Source of the DNA: a virus
Taxonomy: Duplodnaviria > Caudoviricetes
DNA length: 64,000 bases
IMG/VR virus record: IMGVR_UViG_3300022594_000001
Direction: 5' to 3' (one strand)
Shown here: in pieces, positions 57,305 through 64,000 of the stretch
Layout of the letters: the number at the start of each line of letters is the position of its first letter
Numbering within the stretch: position 1 is the first letter of the stretch
Made by a program: the position numbers and the translations under genes
The notes under the pieces: generated by a model
Told to the model about the DNA's origin: nothing
What the model saw: the letters and a program-made list of their open reading frames with translations, nothing else
Database searches by the model: none

Positions 57305-57545
57305 GATTTGTATGACGGCAATTGTTTAAATCGCCGTCTACATGAAACACGTCGAACACCTCTAGATAAGGGCTTTTAAAACCGCACTTATCGCAGGTGT
57401 TTTTCTTTTTATATCCAGCAAGGTGCCACCGAGGGTTTTTGACACCTCTAGCACAAAACCCACATTGTCTCCTATAGAATGCCTTGCTATTTTTGTAATA
57501 ATTAATGGCTACTGGGTGTCTTCCACATGAACATAATGGTCTCAT
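57219..57545 (-). CDS. Zn-finger/HNH endonuclease-like protein
   Basis: CxC, CxxC and CxxC motifs, then VFHVDGDLNNCRHTNLKTVCSNC (beta-beta-alpha-Me-like). A minus-strand TTAAATA motif lies at 57550-57556. Confidence 0.7.
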   Translation of the reverse strand: MRPLCSCGRHPVAINYYKNSKAFYRRQCGFCARGVKNPRWHLAGYKKKNTCDKCGFKSPYLEVFDVFHVDGDLNNCRHTNLKTVCSNCQRLLHREGVKWKQGGLTPDL

Positions 57546-57650
57546 ATTTTATTTAAGCCTTTTTACGGCCTTTTTCAGGTACTATAACTCGCTCAAAATT
57601 TCAAAATGCACTAAATACATTTAGAATATGTTATTCATGGAGATCATACA

Positions 57651-60600
57651 ATGGCCCAACTAAGTTCACCAGGCGTAAGCGTTAGCGTAATTGACGAAAG
57701 TTTCTACACACCCGCTGCCCCAGGTACAGTTCCTTTAATCGTAGTTGCCTCTGAAGAGAGCAAACAAAATGGCGCAGGCACTGGCACTGCACCAGGTACA
57801 CTAAAAGCAAATGCTGGTCAAGTTTACTTGCTAACAAGTCAAAAAGACCTATCAGATACTTTTGGTACACCGGTATTTAAAACTGATGCTAACAACAATC
57901 CAATTCATGCTGGTGAACAGAATGAATACGGTTTGCAAGCAGCTTACAGTTTCTTAGGCGTAAGCAATCGTGCTTATGTCGTTCGCGCAGATATTGACTT
58001 AGCTCAGTTAGACGCATTAGCAGAAGCTCCTGCAGGCCCAGCACCTGATGGTTCTTTCTGGTTTGATACAGCAAATACTAAGTTCGGTATTTTCGAATGG
58101 AACGCTGCTAGCGCAACAGTTACTGGCGGACAAACATTTACAAACAAAGTTCCTTTAGTTATTACAGATTCAACATTGATTACTACTGGTGCACCTATTG
58201 CTAGCGTTGGGTCAATTGGCGATTACGCAATTGTTGCAACTACTACACTAATTAAGTTATGGTACAAGAAAGCAGCTACACATACCGCTGCCGGCTTATG
58301 GGTAGAAGTTGGAACAAGTGACTGGGTAGAAAGTTGGCCAACAGTTAAGAGTTCAGTTGCAAGCCCAAACATTGCTAACGGCGATACATTGACAATCAAT
58401 GGTTCAGGACCAACACACACTATTACTGCTAGCGTAGGTTGGGGTATTAGTGAAGTTGTAGCAGCAATTAATGCTAACAGCACTATTGCTGGATTAGGAA
58501 TTACAGCAGGTGCACCAAACGGTTTACTAGAAATTTACTCAACTGGTGTAAACGTAACAGTTGGCGGCAATCTTGCTACAACATTCGGCTTATCAACACA
58601 CGAATACTTACCACCAGCACTAGCAATTTCTAAGCATACATCAATTCCAACATTTAAGTTAGCTGAGAATTCAGGTACAGCAAACGGTGTAGCAACTGGT
58701 GCAGTATGGATTAAAACAACAACACCTAACTTAGGTGCTGATTGGATCATCAAGAAATACAGCAGTGCTACAGGCGCATGGACAGAACAACCTGTGTCAC
58801 TATACAGTACAAATGCAGAAGCTCTTGCAGCATTAGATACAACTGGTGGCGGCATTAACTTAGCAGTTGGACGTTTATTTGTAAAATACAATGACGACGA
58901 AGGTAGTCCACTAGACGGTTCATTTAAGATTTATGCACGTAGCGCATCAGGCGCAACATCAATTACATCCAGTGTAGTTACAGCATCAACTTTCCCAAGC
59001 GGATCATACAGCTTTACAATTAGTGAATCACTAGTTGGAACAGCAGGTTATACTTCAGCAGCAACAGTTGCAATTGCCGGAACAGGTAATGCACATGATG
59101 CATCAACGTTAGTAGCTGCAATTAATGCAGCATTACCAGTTGGTTCAAATGTTGCAGCAACAGTTACTTCATTGAATCAAATTGTTATTACACACGCAGC
59201 AGGCGGTGATATTAAGTTTGAAGATGACACTGGCACTCCGTTAACAAGACTATTTGGCAATCCTAACGCCGGTCCTTCGACAGCAGTTACTAACTTCCAA
59301 GCAGATGCAGCAAGTGATGGATCTGACGGAATGTATGTAGCAAGTCTATGGACATCATATGTTCAAGATAGTAACGGTAATAACGTTGGGTTTGCAACAG
59401 CAAGTACAGATGCACCCACAACTGATCCAGTAGACGGACAGTTATGGTACAGCAGCATTGTTGACGAAGTGGATATCTTAATCCACAACGGTACAACATG
59501 GGTTGGTTACTTAGATGCAACTGCTAAAACAATTAATCATGCTGGTATCAATGGCGAGCCAGACACAGATCCAATGGGTCCAATTGTTAGTGCTACACAG
59601 CCAACAACACAAAGCGATGGTACTAGATTAGCTAACGGCGATTTATGGATCGACACTAGCGATTTAGAAAACTATCCAAAGGTTGCAAGATACAATAGTC
59701 TTACTAAGAAATGGGTAGTTGTTGACGATGCAGATCAAACAACAGAAAACGGTATTTTATTCCATGACGCACGTTGGAATAAAAACGGTTTAACAAATAC
59801 ACCAAGCGCAATTGTAGACTTGTTATCAAGTAACTTCTTAGATCCAGATGCACCAGATCCTGCACTATATCCAAAAGGTATGTTGCTATGGAACTTACGT
59901 CGTTCGGGCTTTAACGTTAAGAAATTTGTTGTAAACTATATTGATACAACACAACGTAACTTACGTCACAGCAATGAACAAATGACTGATTACTATCCAA
60001 ACCGTTGGATTAGTGAAGCTGCTAACCAAGAAAACGGTGCAGGTACATTCGGACGTAAAGCACAGCGTAAAGTTGTTATCCAAGCATTACAAGCATTAGT
60101 TAACAGTAACCAACAGATCCGTGACGAAGAATCACGTATTTTCAACTTAATTGCAACTCCTGGTTATCCAGAATTAATTGGCGAAATGGTTGCACTAAAC
60201 TACGATCGCGGTATTTCAGCGTTCGTTGTAGGTGATGTTCCAGCTAGATTAAAAGCAGATGCTACAACACTAAGCAACTGGGGTAATAACGTAAATGGCG
60301 CATTAGAAGACAACGACGAAGGTTTAGTAAGCTTCGACGAATACTTAGGTGTGTTCTATCCATGGGGTTACACAAGCGACAACATCGGTAATAACGTAGT
60401 TGTTCCTCCAAGCCACATGATGTTACGCACAATTGCATTGAACGACCAAGTTAGCTATCCATGGTTTGCACCAGCAGGAACACGTCGTGGTGGTATTACT
60501 AACGCAACAGCAGTTGGTTATGTTGATCCACAAAGCGGAGAATTCCAGTCAGTTGCATTGAACACTGGACAACGTGACACATTAGCAAGCATTAAAGTTA

Positions 60601-61004
60601 ACCCATTAACATTCATTACAGGCACAGGACTTGTCAACTATGGACAATACACTCGTGCTAAGAATGCTAGTGCATTGGATCGTATCAACGTAGCACGTTT
60701 AGTAATTTACCTACGTCGTCAATTTGCACAATTGGCTAAACCATATGTGTTTGAACCAAACGACAAGATTACACGTGACGAAATTAAGGGTGCAGCAGAA
60801 AGCCTATTGTTAGAATTAGTAGGACAACGTGCTCTGTATGACTATATCGTAGTTTGCGATACAAGTAACAACACACCTTCAAGAATTGATCGTAGTGAAC
60901 TATATCTAGATGTAGCGATTGAACCAGTTAAGGCAGTGGAATTTATTTACATTCCATTACGCTTAAAGAACACTGGCGAAATTAAAGCTCTAGGTGGCGC
61001 ATAA
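57651..61004 (+). CDS. gp18: Tail sheath protein, gp18-like, with large insertion domains
   Basis: LSSPGVSVSVIDES, VVRAD, FNLIATPGYP, VFYPWG, WFAPAGTRRG, RDTL...KVNP, ALDRINVARL, VFEPND, LDVAIEPVKAVEFIYIPL motifs. Confidence 0.95.
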   Translation: MAQLSSPGVSVSVIDESFYTPAAPGTVPLIVVASEESKQNGAGTGTAPGTLKANAGQVYLLTSQKDLSDTFGTPVFKTDANNNPIHAGEQNEYGLQAAYSFLGVSNRAYVVRADIDLAQLDALAEAPAGPAPDGSFWFDTANTKFGIFEWNAASATVTGGQTFTNKVPLVITDSTLITTGAPIASVGSIGDYAIVATTTLIKLWYKKAATHTAAGLWVEVGTSDWVESWPTVKSSVASPNIANGDTLTINGSGPTHTITASVGWGISEVVAAINANSTIAGLGITAGAPNGLLEIYSTGVNVTVGGNLATTFGLSTHEYLPPALAISKHTSIPTFKLAENSGTANGVATGAVWIKTTTPNLGADWIIKKYSSATGAWTEQPVSLYSTNAEALAALDTTGGGINLAVGRLFVKYNDDEGSPLDGSFKIYARSASGATSITSSVVTASTFPSGSYSFTISESLVGTAGYTSAATVAIAGTGNAHDASTLVAAINAALPVGSNVAATVTSLNQIVITHAAGGDIKFEDDTGTPLTRLFGNPNAGPSTAVTNFQADAASDGSDGMYVASLWTSYVQDSNGNNVGFATASTDAPTTDPVDGQLWYSSIVDEVDILIHNGTTWVGYLDATAKTINHAGINGEPDTDPMGPIVSATQPTTQSDGTRLANGDLWIDTSDLENYPKVARYNSLTKKWVVVDDADQTTENGILFHDARWNKNGLTNTPSAIVDLLSSNFLDPDAPDPALYPKGMLLWNLRRSGFNVKKFVVNYIDTTQRNLRHSNEQMTDYYPNRWISEAANQENGAGTFGRKAQRKVVIQALQALVNSNQQIRDEESRIFNLIATPGYPELIGEMVALNYDRGISAFVVGDVPARLKADATTLSNWGNNVNGALEDNDEGLVSFDEYLGVFYPWGYTSDNIGNNVVVPPSHMMLRTIALNDQVSYPWFAPAGTRRGGITNATAVGYVDPQSGEFQSVALNTGQRDTLASIKVNPLTFITGTGLVNYGQYTRAKNASALDRINVARLVIYLRRQFAQLAKPYVFEPNDKITRDEIKGAAESLLLELVGQRALYDYIVVCDTSNNTPSRIDRSELYLDVAIEPVKAVEFIYIPLRLKNTGEIKALGGA

Positions 61005-61021
61005 TTAACGGAGCATAATAA

Positions 61022-61648
61022 ATGGCTATTTCAAGTTTATCAAAATTTACAGTACCTTTAGCTAGCGATCAATCCGCTAGCTCACAAGGTATGTTGATGC
61101 CAAAGCTAAAATATCGCTTTAGAGTGATGTTTGAAAACTTTGGTGTATCAACACCGACAACAGAATTGACTAAACAAGTCCAAGAAGCTGCTCGTCCTAA
61201 CGTTCAGTTTGCTGATCAAAAGATTGAAGTTTACAACTCAACAATTCACTATGCTGGTAAACCAACATGGCAAACAATGACTATCAAGTTACGTGATGAC
61301 GTAACAGGTCAAGTTGCTAAGTTAGTTGGCGAGCAAATGCAGAAACAGTTTGACTTCTTTGAACAAAGTTCAGCAGCGTCAGGCGGCGACTACAAGTTCT
61401 TAATGCGTGTTGAAATGTTAGATGGTGGTAACGGTGCAAACACTCCACAAGTTTTAGAAACTTGGGAATGTTACGGTTGCTACATTACACAAGCTAACTA
61501 CAACACATTAAGTTACGGTGGTCAAGAAACATTGACAATCGACTTAACAATTCAACCAGATAACTGTTTACAAACATCAGGCGGTGCGGCAGCTCCAACT
61601 GTGTTTACAAAAGGTACAGCAGCTACTGGTTCTGGAAACAGAGCTTAA
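61022..61648 (+). CDS. gp19: Tail tube protein, gp19-like
   Basis: PKLKYRFRV.F, YAGKPTWQTMTIKLRDD and ETWECYGCY motifs. Follows the sheath gene. Confidence 0.85.
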   Translation: MAISSLSKFTVPLASDQSASSQGMLMPKLKYRFRVMFENFGVSTPTTELTKQVQEAARPNVQFADQKIEVYNSTIHYAGKPTWQTMTIKLRDDVTGQVAKLVGEQMQKQFDFFEQSSAASGGDYKFLMRVEMLDGGNGANTPQVLETWECYGCYITQANYNTLSYGGQETLTIDLTIQPDNCLQTSGGAAAPTVFTKGTAATGSGNRA

Positions 61649-61656
61649 TAAGAAAT

Positions 61657-61678
61657 GCCCACTTAGGTGGGCTTTTTT
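61657..61678 (+). terminator. Rho-independent terminator after the tail tube gene
   Basis: GCCCAC-TTAG-GTGGGC followed by TTTTTT. Confidence 0.9.
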
Positions 61679-61725
61679 ATGGTTTGCTATAAACTGCGTA
61701 GTTTATCTTTCGAATAAATATTATT

Positions 61726-62727
61726 ATGGCATTCACACCTAACCGATTTTTAAACGAAACTAGTAACGTAACATTACGCGACTGGCAACATGCTGCGCGA
61801 CTGTTTACAGACGATCAGTTCAGACTTGCACCTAAACACAAATTCCTGTTTGGAGTTGTGTTTAAATTAAACAAAGCTGCATTGTTAAACATTGATCTTG
61901 CTATTAAGTATGGTTATGAAATAGGCATGCTAGTAAAAAGTGCAGATTTACCAAACTATCAAGTTAGCACAGAAACATTAAATCAGTACAATCGTAAGAA
62001 AAATATCCAAACTGGTATTAAGTATCAGCCCATAACAATGACATTTCATGACGATAACATGGGTCTTATTAATATGTTATGGAAAAACTATTTTAATTAC
62101 TACTATGCTGATTCTAGTTCTGCTGAAGATGCAGGTGCTTATAACAGAACTGCAATGAAAAACTTTAGCTACATTCAAGATACATATGGCTTAGACAACG
62201 GCAGTACAGAACCATTTTTTGATTCTATAAAAATATTTCACGCGGCACGTCATGAGTTTGTAAGTTACGAACTAGTTAATCCAATTATTACAAGTTGGAA
62301 TCACAACAAAGTTGACTATGCACAAAATACTGTACATGATAATACTGCACAGATTGCTTATGAATCGGTAATATATAATACAGGAAGCGTTGTTGACTCT
62401 AATGCAGGAGAATGGTTATTTGATCCTGCACACTACGATCAAACTCCTAGTCCATTACAAGGTATTAGTGATCCGGGTGCAGTTGTTGCAAGTGTAAATT
62501 CTACAACAGGTGTTATGAATAACGCTTCTGAATTTTTAAATAATATAGCAACAACTATTAACGGCTATCAAAATACACAATCGTTAGGTTCTCCGGTACA
62601 AACAGGTTTGCTAAACAATGTAGTAGCTAGCGCACAGCAAGGCGTGAGCGGAGTCCAAGGGATAGCATTTCCAGTGTCGCAGACAGCTGAGAATATAACT
62701 ACCGCAACACAAGTTAAAATTGTTTAA
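61726..62727 (+). CDS. Tail-tube-fold baseplate/tube initiator (gp48/gp54-like)
   Basis: LVKSADLPNY...LNQYNRKKNIQTGIKYQPITMTFHDDN and LVNPIITSWNH...YES are tube-fold motifs. Confidence 0.65.
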   Translation: MAFTPNRFLNETSNVTLRDWQHAARLFTDDQFRLAPKHKFLFGVVFKLNKAALLNIDLAIKYGYEIGMLVKSADLPNYQVSTETLNQYNRKKNIQTGIKYQPITMTFHDDNMGLINMLWKNYFNYYYADSSSAEDAGAYNRTAMKNFSYIQDTYGLDNGSTEPFFDSIKIFHAARHEFVSYELVNPIITSWNHNKVDYAQNTVHDNTAQIAYESVIYNTGSVVDSNAGEWLFDPAHYDQTPSPLQGISDPGAVVASVNSTTGVMNNASEFLNNIATTINGYQNTQSLGSPVQTGLLNNVVASAQQGVSGVQGIAFPVSQTAENITTATQVKIV

Positions 62728-62737
62728 GTAGAATAAT

Positions 62738-63115
62738 ATGTCAATAAATTTACCATTACAGCCGTTACAAGGAATTCCAGATAGCTCGTCTGATGTTCGT
62801 CAATTTTTTGACAAATACTATAATTCAAAAATTAGTTTTCCGTCAAACCAAATAGATGCAGTAGTTGGATTTTTCTTAAAGAACGGCTTTGATGCAGAAA
62901 GTGCAAGAAGTGTTGGAATTGTATTATTAAATCAAGCACACGCAGATAATGTAAATGTATTTGAATTAATTGATACATTAAAGGCACTAACTGATGTTCA
63001 GTTGAGTCAAGTAGTTGCACAAATTTTAAATGCTTATCGAGAAAAGATAAGCCTATTAGGTTATAGAATTGCTCCTCTAGTTGACTCGTACGAATCTCGT
63101 AATATCTTAGTGTAA
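62738..63115 (+). CDS. Conserved hypothetical protein (125 aa)
   Basis: Intact ORF in the tail/baseplate unit. No family recognised. Confidence 0.6.
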   Translation: MSINLPLQPLQGIPDSSSDVRQFFDKYYNSKISFPSNQIDAVVGFFLKNGFDAESARSVGIVLLNQAHADNVNVFELIDTLKALTDVQLSQVVAQILNAYREKISLLGYRIAPLVDSYESRNILV

Positions 63116-63118
63116 TTT

Positions 63119-63556
63119 ATGGCTAAGTTTGCTAAAGGTAAGTTCATAATGAAAAACCCTGGAAAATATGTAGGGACTAAAACACCTATATACAGATCCA
63201 GTTGGGAATGGCATTTTATGTCATTTTGTGATACTAATGAAAGCATACAAAAATGGGCAAGCGAAGCAGTAAACATTCCTTACAGAGATCCGTTAACTGG
63301 ACGTAATACTATCTATGTTCCAGACTTTTTTATACAATACGTTGATAAAGTAGGCAAGATGCACGTTGAACTAATTGAAATTAAACCAGCAAGTCAACAA
63401 TTACTTGAGCGTGTAGGTAAGAACAAATACAACCAAGCACAATATGTTAAGAACCAAGCTAAGTGGCAAGCAGCTACTATTTGGTGTAAACAGCAAGGTA
63501 TCAAATTCCGTGTTATTAACCAAAACGACATGTTCCATAACGGTAGTCCAGGATAA
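63119..63556 (+). CDS. gp4: Head completion nuclease, T4 gp4-like (PD-(D/E)xK/TnsA-like)
   Basis: KNPGKYVG...YRSSWE..FM.FCD...WASE...IPY...YVPDF...EIKP...NQAKW.AA..WC motif. Confidence 0.88.
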   Translation: MAKFAKGKFIMKNPGKYVGTKTPIYRSSWEWHFMSFCDTNESIQKWASEAVNIPYRDPLTGRNTIYVPDFFIQYVDKVGKMHVELIEIKPASQQLLERVGKNKYNQAQYVKNQAKWQAATIWCKQQGIKFRVINQNDMFHNGSPG

Positions 63557-63564
63557 GTAAAGTT

Positions 63565-64000
63565 ATGACTAAGAAACTCGAAGAATTACTTAATTTGCCC
63601 GAAAGCAAAAAAATAGTAAAAGAAGAAGAAAAGAAAGTTAAGAAAGCTGAAGTAGCTCAACCGTTCCTACGCGACATGTCAGAGTTTGATAAAATTTCTG
63701 CTAGTTTGCCAGCAGTTAAGGGACTGGGTGATACGGCTGATGCAGAGTTTGATGCATTAGCTCAGCGAGCAACAGATGCATACGACGACTTAATTGACTT
63801 AGGTATGAACGTCGAAGCACGTTATAGCAGTCGTATTTTTGAAGTAGCAGCTAGTATGCTTAAAAATGCAATTGATGCTAAATCAGCCAAAATTGACAAA
63901 AAACTTAAGATGATTGACTTGCAACTCAAAAAGCAAAAGTTAGATCAAGATGCAGCAGGATCCGATGAGGGCAACAGCATTAATCTTAACGGAGATGGCG
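63565..64000 (+). CDS. Probable terminase small subunit (gp16-like), truncated by the window end
   Basis: Not in the ORF track. ATG at 63565 gives MTKKLEELLNLP...AYDDLIDLGMNVEARYSSRIFEVAASMLKNAIDAK..., a helical protein open to position 64000. Confidence 0.55.
   Translation, partial: MTKKLEELLNLPESKKIVKEEEKKVKKAEVAQPFLRDMSEFDKISASLPAVKGLGDTADAEFDALAQRATDAYDDLIDLGMNVEARYSSRIFEVAASMLKNAIDAKSAKIDKKLKMIDLQLKKQKLDQDAAGSDEGNSINLNGDG

Larger units (their letters stand above)
1831..61720. promoter_or_regulatory. Dispersed T4-like late promoter motif (A/C/G/T)TAAATA upstream of structural genes
   Basis: Plus strand: 1831, 2078, 2156, 6041, 12495, 17612, 23546, 32908, 41011, 43393, 43896, 54884, 57611, 61714. 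Minus strand: 54877, 57556. Each lies in or at the edge of an intergenic gap. Confidence 0.8.

Noticed and set aside
1528-59520. Many short antisense or alternate-frame ORFs in the track (e.g. 1528-1758, 2244-2504, 2650-3042, 4441-4770, 21598-21918, 46640-47041, 58535-58891)
   Set aside because: They lie wholly inside long, motif-supported genes, lack an RBS or promoter, and read as shadows of the sense-strand codon bias.
1-64000. Stop-codon reassignment or intron/intein interruption of core genes
   Set aside because: Portal, protease, capsid, sheath and tube genes are full length in the standard code, and I saw no intein (C...HN) or split-gene signature.
1-64000. tRNA or rRNA genes
   Set aside because: Intergenic gaps are short, and none shows a cloverleaf with a T-loop GTTCRA motif. 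tRNAscan-SE would be the decisive check.

Overview
This AT-rich window is the virion-morphogenesis region of a large T4-superfamily myophage, most likely an uncultured aquatic lineage (inference). From left to right it holds: a head module (portal, gp67-like core protein, gp21 protease, gp22 scaffold, gp23 capsid); about 31 kb of fibre/appendage genes, including two paralogous pairs of giant proteins (1060/1425 aa and 1956/2999 aa), three Cys/Gly-rich adhesin-like paralogs and two fibre chaperones; a minus-strand GT9-like glycosyltransferase, SGNH-like and carbamoyltransferase cassette; more fibre genes including a 2546-aa protein; a minus-strand gp14-gp15-NUDIX unit divergent from gp13; a twin-arginine-motif protein; dNMP kinase; an HNH protein; tail sheath, tube and tube-like genes; gp4 nuclease; and a truncated probable small terminase. 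A T4-like late-promoter motif (NTAAATA) precedes most units. I found no tRNA, rRNA, CRISPR array, integrase or reverse transcriptase. The most unusual signals are: (1) phycobiliprotein-like C-x-R-D-x-G-Y helical repeats in two giant virion proteins; (2) a putative capsid-packaged protein with a Tat signal behind a protease-cleavable leader, preceded by an unannotated 16-aa ORF; (3) the glycosyl/carbamoyl cassette next to the Cys-rich adhesins; (4) two structured 5' leaders sharing an AUGCGGA..AAUCCAA motif; and (5) an RBS-sequestering hairpin that may switch dNMP kinase translation depending on the promoter used. All family assignments come from motif recognition by eye, not from database searches.
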